Source: Squalus acanthias
Lineage: Eukaryota
Assembly: GCA_030390025.1 (NCBI GenBank)
Contig: CM059431.1
Coordinates: forward strand, 128,838,001 to 128,902,000
Length of the DNA stretch: 64,000 nt
Direction of reading: 5' to 3'
Shown here: in pieces, positions 25,323 to 38,561 of the stretch
Layout: every line of letters begins with the position of its first letter
How positions within the stretch are numbered: position 1 is the first letter of the stretch
Notes under the pieces: model-generated
Database searches by the model: none
Seen by the model: only the letters and a program-made list of their open reading frames with translations
Told to the model about the DNA's origin: nothing
Made by a program: the position numbers and the translations under genes

Positions 25323-28300
25323 CTAGAAGCAGCTTGTTATCAGCCGTTGACGGACGGCCCTTGCAGTGGCAACATTGTGGGCCTCCCTCCAGCCTTGGTG
25401 CTGCTGCTGATCATCCTCCTCCTCTTCAGTATGTAACTGAACCGACCAGGGGGCAAGCAACCTTAGATCTGGTCCTGTGTAACGAGACAGGATTAATTAA
25501 AAATGTCCTAGTAAAGGATCCCCTTGGAATGAGTGACCATAACATGGTTGAATTCCATATTCAATTAGAGGGTGAGAAGGTTGGATCTCAAACAAGCGTG
25601 CTAAGCTTGAATAAAGGAGACTATGAAGGTATGCGAGCGGAATTGAGTAGAGTGGATTGGGAAAATAGATTAAAGGGTAAGACGACACATGATCAGTGGT
25701 GTACATTCAAGGAGTTATTTTACAACTTCCAAAAAAAATATATTCCACTGAAAAGAAAAGGGTGTAAAAGAAAGGACAGTCATCCGTGGCTAAGTAAAGA
25801 AATTAAGGATAGTATTCGACTAAAAACAAGGGCATATAAGGTAGCGAAATCTAGTGGGAGGACAGAGGATTGGGAAAACTTTAAAAGGCAGCAAAAAATA
25901 ACAAAAAGATTGATTAAGAAAGGGAAGATAGATTATGAAAGTAAATTAGCAAAAAATATAAAAACAGATAGTAAGAGTTTTTATAGTTATATAAAAAGAA
26001 AAAGGGTGGCTAAAGTAAATGTTGGTCCCTTAGAGGATGAGACCGGGAAATTAATGGTGGGAAATATGGAGATGGCAAAAACACTGAATGAATATTTTGT
26101 ATCAGTCTTTACAGTAGAGGACACTAAGAATATCCCAACACTGGACAATTGGGGGGCTATAGGGGGAGAGGAGCTAAACACGATCAAAATCACTATGGAA
26201 GTGGTACTCGGTAAAATAATGGGACTCAAGGCGGATAAATCACCTGGACCTGATGGCTTACATCCTAGAGTCTTGAAGGAAGTGGCGGTAGGGATTGTAG
26301 ATGCATTGGTAATAATTTTTCAAAACTCCCTGGATTCCGCTAAGGTCCCGGCAGACTGGAAAACTGCTAATGTAACACCCTTATTTAAAAAGGGCAGTAG
26401 ACAGAAGGCTGGTAACTATAGACCGGTTAGCCTAACATCTGTGGTAGGTAAAATTTTGGAGTCCATTATTAAGGAAACAGTAACAGGACATTTGGATAAT
26501 CATAATTTAATAGGACAAAGTCAGCATGGTTTTACGAAGGGGAAGTCATGTTTGACAAATTTGCTGGAGTTCTTTGAGGAAGTAACATATAGAGTGGATA
26601 AAGGGGAACCAGTGGACGTAGTGTATTTAGACTTCCAAAAGGCATTTGACAAGGTGCCACACAAAAGATTATTGCTTAAGCTAAAAAATCACGGGATTGG
26701 GGGTAATATTCTGGCATGGATAGAGGATTGGCTATCTAACAGAAAGCAAAGAGTTGGGATAAATGGTTCATTCTCAGACTGGCAATCAGTAACTAGTGGT
26801 GTTCCGCAGGGGTCAGTGCTGGGTCCCCAACTCTTTACAATCTATATTAACGATTTGGAGGAAGGGACCAAGTGTAACATATCAAAATTTGCAGATGATA
26901 CAAAGATGGGAGGGAAAGTAGTGAGTGAGGAGGACATAAAAAACCTGCAAGGGGACATAGACAGGCTAAGTAAGTGGGCAGAGATTTGGCAGATGGAATA
27001 CAACACTGGAAAGTGTGAGGTGATGCACTTTGGCAGGAAAAATCCTAGAGCAATTTATTATCTTAATGGCAAGAAACTGGAGAGTACTGAAGTGCAAAGG
27101 GATCTGGGGGTCCTGGTGCACGAAACTCAAAAGGTTAGTATGCAGGTGCAGCAAGTGATTAAGAAGGCAAATGGAATGTTGGCTTTCATTGCTAGGGGGA
27201 TAGAATATAAAAATAGGGAGGTATTGCTTCAGTTGTACAAGGTATTGGTGAGACCGCACCTGGAATACTGCATACAGTTTTGGTGTCCTTACTTAAGGAA
27301 AGACATCCTTGCTCTCGAGGCAGTGCAAAAAAGGTTCACTCGGTTAATCCCAGGGATGAGGTGGTGGTCATATGAGGAGAGGTTGGGTAGATTGGGACTC
27401 TACTCATTGGAGTTCAGAAGAATGAGAGGCGATCTTATTGAAACATATAAGATTGTGAAGGGGTTGGATCGGGTGGATGCGGGGAGGATGTTCCCGATGA
27501 CGGGTGAGACTAGAACTAGGGGACATAGTCTTAGAATAAGGGGCTGCTCTTTCAAAACTGAGATGAGGAGGAACTACTTCACTCAGAGGGTGGTAGGTCC
27601 ATGGAATATGCTGCCACAAAAAGCTGTAGAAGCTACATCATTAAATAAATTTAAAACAGAAATAGACAGTTTCCTAGAAGTAAAGGGCATTAAGGGTTAC
27701 GGGGAGCGGGCAGGAATTTGGACATGAGTCTAGGTTCGGATCGGTCATGGCCCTGTGGGTAGTGGAGCGGGCCCAGGGACCGTGTAGCCGGATTCTGCTC
27801 CTATTTCGTGTGTGCAATTCTGTTAGATGCAGGAGATGGTTCTATGATAGATAGTAGATTGGCGGTTAGGATCAGATCAGCCATGATCTTATTGAATGGC
27901 GGAGCAGGCTCGAGGGGCCGATTGGCCTACACCTGCTCCTATTTCTTATGTTCTTATGTTCTTATGTTCCTCCTCCTCCTCCTGTGGTGCACCAATGCCT
28001 GGTGGCATTGGCTGGGTCCTGAGAATTGCAAAGTTATGAAGAATGCAGCAAACAACTATGAAGAGGGAGACTCGCTCAGGCAAGTACTGCAGGGCTCCTC
28101 CTGAGTGGTCCAGACAGCGGAACCGTTGCTTGAGCACGCCGATCGTCTGCTCAATTATGTTCCTGGTGGCAATATGGCTCTCATTGTACCGCAGCTCAGC
28201 AGGGGTGTTGGGGTTACGGAGCGGTGTCATCAGCCAGGTGCACAGTGGATAACCCTTGTCCCCGAGGAGCCAACCACTTGGCTGATGCGGTGCCTGGAAA

Positions 28301-28866
28301 AGATCTGGCACACCAGTCTGGTGCAAGATGAAAGCATCGTGGCTGCTACTAGGATAGCGGGCATTGACGGCGAGTATTAGCTGTCTGTGGTCACAGACCA
28401 ACTGCACATTTAAGGAGTCGAACCCCTTGTGGTTTCGGAAAACCTCTGCATTCTCATGCGGTGCCCGCAATGCCACATGCGTGCAGTCAATGGCACCCTG
28501 CACCATGGGGAAGCCCGCTATCCTCGCAAAGCCCAATGCGCATTCATGCTGTTTGGCCCGGGTCATCGGGAAAGAGATGTACTGGCGTCTCCTTTTATAG
28601 AGGGCATTTGTCACCTCCCGGATACAGCAATGGACAGCGAACTGGGAGATATTGGCGATGTCCCCAGTAACTGCTTGAAAGGAGCCAGTGGCATAAAAAT
28701 TCAGAGCCACTGTGACCTTCACTGCCACCGACAGAGATGTCCTGGTCCTTACTTGAGGCTGCAGATCTGGTTGCAGCAGGTGGCAGAGCTCAGTGACCAC
28801 CTCCTTGCTGAAGCGCAGCCTGCGCAAACACTGCTCCTCAGACAAATTAATGTCGGAGAATTGTTC
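25323..28866 (-). pseudogene. HARBI1-type DDE transposase, split by CR1 (25426-27968), N-terminus lost
   Basis: CLRRLRF, GAIDCTHV, LLGDKGY and IIEQTIGVLKQRFRCL motifs; C-terminus EEDDQQ..ARAVRQRLITSCF* at 25323-25424. Confidence 0.93.
25426..27968 (+). mobile_element. CR1 LINE, 5'-truncated, ORF2 open to the stop at 27727 (EN end plus RT)
   Basis: TLDLVL..SDHN, YLDFQKAFDKV, KFADD; (TTCTTATG)n tail; inserted in a CCT run. Confidence 0.96.
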
Positions 28867-29990
28867 TACTTCATCCTCCTTTACTTTGACATTGGCAGCA
28901 TCCTCTTCTTTTGCAGAGACAGATGCAATGTACTCATTTAGTACCTCACTCATGCCCTCTGCCTCCACAGGTTTCATTTTTGATCTCTAATCGATTCCAT
29001 CCTTCCTTTGACTGTCCTTTTACTCTTTGTATGTTTATAATAGGCTTTAGTATTCCCTTTTATGTTATCAGCTAGTCTTTTCTCAGACTCCCTTAGCCCC
29101 TCTTATTACCTTTTTCAGTTCTCCTTTGCACTTTCTGTATTCTGCTTGATTCTCTACTGTATTGTCAACCAAACATTTATCATAAGCCCCATTTTCTGTC
29201 ACATTAGAATCACAATTTCTTAGTCATCCAGGGAGCTCTCGCTTTGGATGCCCTTTCTTTCCCCTTCATAGGAATGTGCTTAGTCTGTACACAAACTATC
29301 TCCTCCTTTAAGGCCTCCATTTGCTCACTTACTGCTGTACCTGCCAATTTGTTTCCAGTCCAGCTAGGCCAGCTCACTGAGCACCCCTCTTCCAGTTGAG
29401 TATCTTCATCTTTTATTGTTCCCTGTTCCTTTCCATAACTACACTAAACCTAATGATATTGTGATCACTCTTTACCAGATGTTCTCCCACTGAAACATGC
29501 TCCACTTGCCCAATTTCATTTCCCAAAACTAGATCCACTACTGCTTCTTTCCTCGTTGGGCTGGAAGCATACTGATCAAGAAAGTTATCCTGTACACATT
29601 TCAAGAATTCATCCCCCTCCTTGCCCTTTATACTGTTTTTTTCCCCAAATCTGTATTAGGATAATTGAAGTCCCCCATTATCATTACTCTATTGTTTTTA
29701 CAACTTTCTGAAATTTGCTTGTTGATTTGCTCCTCCATCTCCTTCATTCTATTTGGGACTAATAGTAAACACCCAGCAGTGTAAGAGCTTCTCTTCTGCT
29801 CCTTAACTCTAACCAAATAGATTCTGTCTTTGAACCCTCAAGTGCATCATCCCTTTCCAGGGTTGTAACTGTATCTTTGATCAATATTGCCACCCCCTCT
29901 TTTTTCCTTCCCTATTTCCCTTGAATATATTGTAGCCAGAAATGTTTAGTTCCCATTGCTGCCCTTGTTTGGGCCAGGTCTCTGTTACTG
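28867..29990 (-). mobile_element. CR1 ORF2 endonuclease/tether fragment, degenerate
   Basis: IMGDFNYPN, VDLVLGNE..SDHNII, EVLNEY. Confidence 0.88.
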
Positions 29991-30589
29991 CACATCGGCC
30001 ACACTCCCTGTTCTTGCTTGCCTATTGACACACTTTAAAATGAAGGGTTATGAAAGTATCCCATCACATTGCACTCTGGTTAAGAGTCCCACCAATTCAT
30101 GTTGCCATCTCCCCTAACAGCAATTACTTGTATGCAGAACCTTAAAGCTTCCTTCCTCCACTTTAATAGAGTGATACTACCAGATCTATAACTTCAACTG
30201 TTGAATACCACCTGGAAGACATCCCTCAAATGCTAAACAAAGCCTAATACACTTAGTTTTGTTACAGGAGAAATTTGTGCACAATTCCCATGAAAGGCAG
30301 GGGACCAGAGAGGGAGGCCATACTGATCTTGGGAAAGCACACAGCTCTAGCAATGGGAGATGGCTAGATCAATTCAGGCCAGTTAGTGGCAACACACCTA
30401 CACAATTGCTATGGCATTCCCATGACATGGCAAAGTGCCAGAGGCTTCCAAACACTTCTCTGTCTCCCTAATCCAAAGGGAGGTATCGCTCACCAATATT
30501 TAGCTTATACCCTCCATTTCCTGCAAAACTATCACTGCAATGGGAGGATGAGGAGGAGGACCAGCAGGATGGTGGATATTTCTTCTCAG

Positions 30590-31110
30590 TGACTATGATG
30601 ATAGGGAAGAGGATTGGATGAAGGAATAGAGAATTGTTTATCCGAGTTTGAAGATGACACTAGTATAGATGGGAGTAGGAAATTCTAAAGGGACGTAGAC
30701 AGACTAAGTGAGTGGGAAAAACTATGGCAGATGAAGTTCAATGTGGGGAAGTGCACGGTCCTTCACTATGGATCTGAGAAAGACAAATTGGAACATGTTC
30801 TTAATGGTAAGAAACGAGGAGCAAAGAGTTATGCAGGAACAAGGGGATTTAGGTGTGTATGTACACAAATCACTAAAAGGCACAAAAAGTAATTAAAAAA
30901 GGCTAAGGGAATGTTGGCTTTATCTCAACGGTGTTGGAGTACAACAGTGAGGAAGTGATGCTTTAGTTATACAGAGTCTTGCTCAGACCTTATCTGGAGT
31001 ACTGCTTCAGTTTTGTGCACCAAATCTGAGGAAAGATATATTGGCCTTCGAGGGAGTACAGTGCAGATTCATCAGAATGATACCAGGGCTTAAAGGGTTA
31101 AATTACCAGG
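30590..31110 (+). mobile_element. CR1 fragment, old
   Basis: FEDDT; TGGCAGATGAAGTTCAATGTGGGGAAGTG; CTGGAGTACTG..AGGAAAGATATATTGGCC. Confidence 0.8.
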
Positions 31111-31115
31111 TACTT

Positions 31116-31532
31116 GGGGGTAGAAATGTTTATGTAATTTTTTCAGATGCATAACCTACAGTGTACAGACAGTGCGTGCCCAAACCAGGGGGGGGGGTGC
31201 GGTGCTGAGGCTCACTGTAAATTGTATCTCGTGCCTCATTTGGATACTTTGCCGGCACCTGTCACGCCATTTCCAAGGGATCAATTTTGATCCGCTTACT
31301 TTGCCAGCTGAGGCTCGCAGGTAAGTCCCAGGAAGAGGGGAAGGAAAATGTGAGTGGAGCAGCCCAATTGGCAGAGGGATCCTAAAACAGGTGTTTGGCC
31401 CCTCATTGACATGTGCAAGGACTCCAATATGGGGCCGGACATATTTCAGGCATCCTTGTGGCATGAAATTGGTATCTTTTGCTTCCGTTTCCTATCCAGA
31501 AAATGGGTGCAATGAGAACCAATTTCTCCCCC
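31116..31532. mobile_element. Harbinger-type MITE
   Basis: TIR-like ends GGGGTAGAAAT / AATTTCTCCCCC. Confidence 0.65.
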
Positions 31533-31708
31533 TTTAAGTTACCAGGCAAGGCCACTAAAGCAATTAATATAATTGGGTTCATGAGACAACTTTACAGGTT
31601 TCCGGGGAAAAAGGAGTTAAAGGGAAGTGGATTGAAGATTGGTTGAGCTCAACCAAAAATGAGGGTGGGCTTGTTCGGCCACATGGGTTTTTTCTGTTAA
31701 AATATCTT

Positions 31709-32334
31709 GGGTGCTAAATTGGACTGTGAATTGGGCAGGTGGTTAGTGGTGCAGTTGGCAAGATATGGCATTTGAAGATAAACTCACTGACCTTGACGAC
31801 TTGTGTGAGATCAATAAACTTCTTCCTGCATTGCATCCAGGTTCTTGCAACTATACTCCTGACACTGACCTCCACTGCTATCTCTTCCCACTGTCCCCTG
31901 AGCATGTGTCTGGAGGGCTTTCTGCCCCCTTGAGGATACAGGACATCTCTCTTCCATTCCATCTCTTCCACCAAGACCTCCAGTGCAGTGTCTGAAAAAC
32001 TTGGTGCACGCTCTCTACCATGGTCAGCCATTGTTGAATCTTCCACAGCACACTTTTGAAAATACTCTCACCACCTCCAGCAGCCACAATGCACCTCCCC
32101 TTTAAGAGGTGCAGGCTGGCTTTAAGTAGCGCTAGGCACCGCGATATCGGGCCCCCTGCTGATGTGTGCAGCCAATGAACACCGCAGGTAGCAGGGGTAG
32201 TGCTGGCTGCATGCAGCGTTCATTTAAAACAGCAGGCATCAGAATTTGATGTGCTGCCTGCATTGCAATTAACGGGCTAATTGAGCATCGTGATCCCCGC
32301 ACTCGTTTTGTCCTCTTATCCAGTTTAACCCCCC
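31709..32334 (-). mobile_element. Internally deleted Harbinger retaining Myb exon 1 (~31792-32031)
   Basis: RERAPSFSDTALEVLV..WEEIA..RTWMQCRKKFIDL followed by a GT donor; TIR-like ends GGTGCTAAATTGGA / TCCAGTTTAACCCC. Confidence 0.82.
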
Positions 32335-33715
32335 GTGTTCCTAACTGAATTCAGAACTTGAATTGGGCCAATTTCTAGGTTCACATGATGAATATGACTC
32401 CTGCAATGATGCCAAATTCTTAAAAGGGTCAATACTGCAATGCTTTTCACCTCTTTGGATTAAAGCATATTTATTTGTATGCAAATGTTGACCTACTTTT
32501 GAAGAAAGAAGTAGATGATGTGTAATGTAACATTTTACCTAACATGAACATTTTCTTTGGGGCCAACAAAATAACACTTTTTGAGCTTTGGGAATCCGTC
32601 TTTATACTATTCAACTAAAAATAAAATTATATTTGTTGAATTTAGCATAAAAAGGGACTTGTAAAAATATATGATCCGGTCAAGTTTGGACTTTAATTTA
32701 TAAAAATGGTAGTATGACCTCTCCATTCTATTTTAAAATGCAGAGTATGTTTGATGGGGCAATTATTTACTGCAGAGATGAAGTGTTATTTATCCCAGTT
32801 GTTCATTTCAGAATTCTAATATGAATACATTAAAGTGAAAAAGATAAATGGCTTAATGTAAACTATTGACTAATTGCTATAGTGCTTCTTTGAGGAAGCT
32901 ACACACTGCATTTGTGAACTTTCAGTTGATTAAAACAGCTCGCTATAATTTCATGCTTTAATTCTTTTTTCTTCCTCGTCCTCTATTCCAGTGCAAACTT
33001 TAATCAGTCATACACTGTGACATTACAGATATTATGGCCTGAAGTTTCCCTTTAGTTGCACTGTCATTTGCAGCGCAATTTGCCCAAAATCGGTGAAACG
33101 AGTGCAAAAGATCACGGAATTTTAAGCACAAATTATGTTCAGCGCAACTCAAGTTTCCGCGATCTTTTGCGCTAGTTTAAAAAACCTCGTGGTAGAAGCT
33201 GGCCACACACACACAACAGGCCACGCTCCCAGGGTGAATCAATCACCATTGTGAGTTTCTGCTAATTGCCCTCGTTTGCGGGCCTTCAAGGAGACTCTAA
33301 AAATTAAACTTATTTTTAGGCGCAAGGACACTACGAGGCACGTTTTAAAAGCTTTTGAATTTTTTTTTAATTTACTATGAAACTGACTACTGTACACCAA
33401 TATAACTAGCAAATGGTTCTGTGTAGATTTTTAAAGTTATTTTCAGTTACTTAAAATCGGGTTACTCAGGTGTTGGACTAGACACTCTGATTAGTAATAC
33501 ACTCATTTTCAGCTGTATAAACCAAACTGCCCCAAGTTACCACTCTTAAATATATCAAAGAATATATTTAAAGCAAATTCAAAAAAAAATGTTCTAAAAC
33601 GTTGCCTGATTGAGCTTTTTCATGGCAGATTTTACGTTCGGCGGTACGTAAATGAGTTTGAGCGTTAAATGAGGGAAAAAAACACTTCTCAAAACTAGAG
33701 GAATGTTGGGTGCAA

Positions 33716-34031
33716 TTTTTTTTATTTGTTCTTGGTATATGGGCGTCGCTGGCAAGGCCAGCATTTATTGCCCATCCCTAATTGCTCTTGAGAAACTGGT
33801 GGTGAGCCGCCTCCTTGTGGTGCTGCAGTCCGTGAGGTGAAGGTCCATTCGGGAGGGAGTGCCAGGATTTTGACCAAGCAACGATAAAAGAACAGCGATA
33901 TATTTCCAAGTCAGGATGGTATGTGACTTGGAGGGGAACTGGTGTTCCCATGTGCCTGCTGCCCCTGTCCTTCTAGGTCGTAGAGGTCACGGGTTTCGGA
34001 GGTGTTGTCGAAGAAGCCTTGGTGAGTTATA
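33716..34031 (-). mobile_element. Zenon-like LINE 3' end
   Basis: Reverse complement of the 8380-8705 tail, with deletions. Confidence 0.85.
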
Positions 34032-35340
34032 GGGGGAAAAATTGGGTTGCTTTGAGGGCGATAATCGGGCGCAAAGCATCTAGCGCCTGGGCGTGGCGCC
34101 GCCAACGCCTCCCGCGAAATTCAGCGGGAGGTTAGCGGCGGCGCTAACCGTTAGCGCCCCGCGGCATTGCGCTGCCGGCGATGAAGTCATCACCGTGCGC
34201 AGCACCCCGCTCGCGCCCTGGCCGCAATCTTCGGGAGCGCCCCCTGAATTACCACAGGACGCTATGTCCGACAGGGTCAGGGGTGCTTACCTGCAGCCGG
34301 GGAGGCGCTATTTAAAGGCGAGGTGCGGGGCGGCCATTTTTGTTGCTGACCGCCTGCCAGCACCTGCCTCCGCTCCTGTCCCCGGCCTCCTTACTCGTCC
34401 CCCCGCGGAGTGCCGGTTGCGCTCCATCAGTCCGGCACTTCTCTTGAGTGCCGGGCTCTTTTGCCGGCACTCCTGATTCCCCGGGACCCAGCTGGGCCCC
34501 GGGTAGCGCTGCCCAAGGCCCCTCCTCTTTAAGAAGGGGCAGGAAGGCCTGCAATACCGCAGCCGACGTGCCACAGCGCGTGGCACTGCGTCCCGTAGCA
34601 CCGCAATATTCCCTTGCAGCGCCCCAAGAGGGTAGTGGGGTGCTTCCAGTAGCGCCCCGCTACCCACTCGGGACGCTATCACTCAATTTCCATTGCAGGG
34701 GGCGCTAATTTTTCCAGGGCGCTAAAAGTACTACTTTTATTACGGGGCGCTACTCAATCTTTAGCCCAAATAGGCGCAGAGTCATATAGAGTCATAATGG
34801 CACAGAAGGAGGCCATTCAGCCCATCAAGTCCGTGCCGGCTCCCTATAGAGCAATCCATTCAGTCCCATTCCCCCGCTCTATCCCTGTAGCCCTGCAAAT
34901 TTATTTCCCTCAAGTGCCTATCCAGACTCCCCTTGAAAACATTGAGTGTCTCCGCTTCCACCACTTCCGTCAGCAGCGAATTCCAGGTCATCACCACTCG
35001 CTGCGTAAAAAGGTTTTTCCTCACATCCCCCCTGTATTTCTTGCCCACAACCATAAATCTTTGTCCCCTATTCCTTGCACCATCAACTACTGGGAACAGT
35101 CTTACCCCGTCTAACCTATCCAAACCCGTCATAATCTTGTGCACCTCTATCAAATCATTCCTCAACCTCCTTTGCTCTAATGAAAACAAATCCAGCCGGT
35201 CCGGTCCGGGCGGCGATGGCGCCGCTAATCTAGAGCCGGGTTTGCGAGTCGGCGGCTAGGCCTGGCATCCAAGATGGCGTCGGAGGGAAACAGCGCAGGA
35301 TATTTTTTTTTTGCCTCGTCGCTTAGGAAAAATCGCCAAC
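34032..35340. mobile_element. Harbinger-type non-autonomous element interrupted by CR1
   Basis: TIR GGGGGAAAAATTGG and dense GGCGC subterminal motifs; right boundary uncertain. Confidence 0.65.
34779..35196 (-). mobile_element. CR1 3' fragment (ATGACTCT-tail subfamily)
   Basis: FSLEQRRLRNDLIEV..FTQRVVMTWNSL; close match to 63589-64000. Confidence 0.92.
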
Positions 35341-35747
35341 CGTGAGAATATTGGAATCTGGTTTTGGCGATCACTGTTTGTAGTAATTCTATCTGTGCCA
35401 AAATTGCAACCCTTATGTGTCGATGTGGTTGCATTTGTTTATAGTCAATGGGCTTCTGTTTGGATCAACTTCGACTGGTACGGCACTTTTAATCATTAGG
35501 TGCCAATGACCAGCAGGGCACTGTTGTTCAGTCCTCAGCCCCACTCCTAACTGTAACTCACCAGTCTGCAGGGAATGGATGGTACTGTAGGTACGCACGT
35601 TGTGGTTCATGGATCTACTGTTGGATCTGGTGTCTCTTGCAGAAGTTAAATGCCGAAGGCTTGTCCTGGCGCTATATAAATGTAAGTTGTATGGCAGCAC
35701 TCGCTCTCTACAAATTGGGTCTCCATATTGTACAGAGTAGCGCAGCT

Positions 35748-36186
35748 TTGGGGCCTATATTTCCTAGAGTTTAGAAAAATGAGGTGATCTCATTGAAACG
35801 TATAAAATTGTTAAGGGGATTGACAGGGTAGATGCTGAGAGGCTGTTTCCCCTGGCTGGAGAGTCTAGAACCAGGGGTCGCAGTCTCAGAATAAGGGGTT
35901 GGCCATTTAGGACCGAGATGAGGAGGGAATTTCTTCACTCAGAGGGTGGTGAATCTTTGGAATTCTCTACCCCAGAGGGCTGTGGAGGCTCAGTCGTTGA
36001 GTATATTCAAGACAGAGATCGATAGATTTTTGGACACTAAGGGAATCAAGGGATATGGGGATCGGGCGGGAAAGTGGAGTTGAGGTCGATGATCAGCCAT
36101 GATCTTATTGAATGGCGGAGCAGGCTCGAGGGGCTGAGTGGCCTACTCCTGCTCCTAATTCTTATGTTCCTAATTCTTATGTTCTT
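35748..36186 (+). mobile_element. CR1 3' fragment
   Basis: TTCACTCAGAGGGTGGTGAATCTTTGGAATTC; TTCTTATG tail. Confidence 0.9.
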
Positions 36187-37688
36187 CAACCTGTCCTTGT
36201 AGCTAAGATCCCCATCCCTGGAACCATTCTGGTAAATCTCCTCTGCACCCTCTCAAGAGCCTTCACATCCTTCCTAAAGTGTGGTGACCAGAACTGGAAA
36301 CAATACTCCAGTTGTGGCCTAACCAGCGCTTTATAAAGGTTCAGCCTAACTTCTCTACTTTTGTACTCAATACCTCTATTTATGAAGCCCAAGATCCCAT
36401 ATGCTTTGCTAACCACTCTCTCAATATGTCCTGCCACCTTCAGGGACCTATGCACATTAACTCCCAGGTCCCTCTGTCCCTGCACATTCTTTAAAACTTT
36501 GCCATTAAGTGTATATTGCCTCTTCCTGTTCCTTCTGCCAAAATGCATCACCTCACACTTCTCTGTATTAAATTCCATCTGCCACTTGTCTGCCCATTCT
36601 GCTAGCCTTTCTATGTCCTGCTACAATCGATTGATATCATCATCACTGTTTGCCACACCCCCAAGTTTGGTGTCATCGGCAAATTTAGAAATTCTACTCT
36701 GTATTCCAATATCCAGGTCATTTATATGTATCAAAAAAAGCAGTGGCCTCAGCATTGACCCTTGGGGAACACCACTGTCTACCATCCTCCAGTCTGAAAA
36801 ACAGCCATTTACCACAACTCGCTGTTTTCTGTCCTTAAGCCAATTCTTTATCCAATCTGCCACTGACCCACCTATTCCATGAGCCTCAATTTTGTTAGCC
36901 AGCCTTCTATGTGGTACTTTGTCAAACGCCTTCCTAAAATCCATGTAGACAACATCCATTGCATTCCCTTCATCAATCCTCTCTGTTACTTCATCAAAAA
37001 ATTCAATTAGATTAGACAAACACGATCTGCCTTTTACAAATCCGTGTTGGCTCTCCTTAATTAGCTTAAACCTCTCCAAGTGCCCGTTAATTTTGTCCTT
37101 GATTATTGTTTCTAAAATTTTACCCACCACTGATGTTAAACTGACCGGCCTGTAGTTACTAGGATTGTCCTTACACCCTTTCTTGAACAATGGTGTCACA
37201 TTTGCCACTTTCCAATCCTCAGGCACTTCCCCCGCATCTAGGGAAGATTGGAAAATTATGGCAAGCCCTTCCGCTATCTCCTCCCCCAATTCCCTTAGCA
37301 ACCTGGGATGGAAGCCATCTGGACCAGGTGACTTGTCCACTCTAAGCATACCCAGCCTTTCTAGTACATCCTGTCTATCAATTTTCACCCCTTCCATTGC
37401 TTCTACCTTTTCCACTTCTACCGATATTTGTCAGCATTCACCTCCTTAGTAAACACCGATACAAAGTACTCATTGAGTATTCTAGCCTTGCCCTGCGCCT
37501 CTAAGCATATATCACCTTCTTTGTCTCTAATAGGCCCCTCCCCGCCTCTTACTACCTGCTTACTGCTTACATGTCGGTAGAAGATTTTTGTGTTCCCTTT
37601 TATATTAACCACCATTCTACTCTCATATTCTCTCTTTGCCAATCTTATTTTAAACTTCACTTCCCCTCTCAACTTATTGCATTTGGTG
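36187..37688 (-). mobile_element. CR1 ORF2 RT fragment
   Basis: [18 protein letters not shown] and KFADD motifs. Confidence 0.93.
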
Positions 37689-37952
37689 TAGTTGCTGCAG
37701 TGCATCTTGTCGATGGTACACACTGCAGCCATAGTGTGAATGTTTAAGGTGGTGGATGGGCTGCCAGTCAAGCGGGCTGCTTTGTCCTGAATGGTGTCGA
37801 GCTTCTTGAGTATTGTTGGAGCTGCACTCATCCCGGCAAGTGGAATTTATTCCAACACACTCCTGACTTGTACCTTGTAGATGGTGGAAAGGTTTTGGGG
37901 TGTCAGAAGGTGAGACACTCACCGCAGAATACCTAGCCTCTGACCTGCTCTT

Positions 37953-38265
37953 CACAGAATCACAGAATCCCCACAATGCAGATAGAGGCCATTTCGGCCC
38001 ATCGAGCCTGCACCGACACATATCCCACCCTATCCCCGTAACCCCATGTATTTAATCCCCCTAACACTAAGGGTCAATTTATCATAGCCAAATCAACCTA
38101 ACCCGCACATCTTTGGACTGTGGGAGGAAACCGGAGCACCCGAAGGAAACCCACGCAGACACGGGGAGAATGTGCAAACTCCACACAGACAGTCACCTGG
38201 GGCCAGATTCGAACCCGGGTCCCTGGCGCTGTGAGGCAACAGTGCTAACCACTATGCCACCGTGT
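37953..38265 (-). mobile_element. V-SINE (HE1-like, tRNA head, CR1-type tail)
   Basis: A box TGGCATAGTGG, B box GGTTCGAATC, V-domain GTGTGGAGTTTGCACATTCTCCCCGTGTCTGCGTGGGTTTCC; TSD TGCTCTT. Confidence 0.92.
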
Positions 38266-38413
38266 TGCTCTTGTAGCCACAGTATCTATTTGACTGGTCC
38301 AGTTAAGTTTCTTGTCAATGGTGACCCCCAGGATGTTGATGGTGAGGGATTCGGCAGTGATAATGCTGTTGAATGTCAAGGGCTGGTGGTTAGACGCTCA
38401 CTTGTTGGAGATA

Positions 38414-38561
38414 CACAGCATTTGTATTTCTTCACTTCACCTGACGAAGGAGCAGCGCTCCGAAAGCTTGTGATTTCAAATAAAGCTGTTGGACTATAAC
38501 CTGGTGTTGTGCAACTTCTCACTTTTGTCCACCCCAGTCCAACACCGGCATCTCCGCATCA
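38414..38561 (+). mobile_element. Solo Penelope family-1 terminal repeat with hammerhead (38437-38473)
   Basis: Matches 14635-14768; 12-bp TSD TTGTTGGAGATA (38402-38413, 38562-38573). Confidence 0.9.

Larger units (their letters stand above)
22910..28866 (+). mobile_element. Formerly autonomous PIF/Harbinger transposon (family A); right end missing
   Basis: Left TIR GGGGGAGAAATT; convergent Myb/SANT (+) and DDE transposase (-) genes. Confidence 0.9.

Noticed and set aside
25334..25425. Novel N-terminus on the 797-aa RT ORF
   Set aside because: It is the antisense of the transposase C-terminus, in frame by chance
27946..28977. 343-aa ORF as the domesticated host gene HARBI1
   Set aside because: It lies in a TIR-bounded element beside a Myb pseudogene, and both ORF ends are CR1-derived
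35561..35672. Minus-strand exon with a perfect GTGAGT donor
   Set aside because: The acceptor overlaps an L2-type tail (GGCGCTATATAAATGTAAGTTG), so it is probably repeat-derived; not fully excluded
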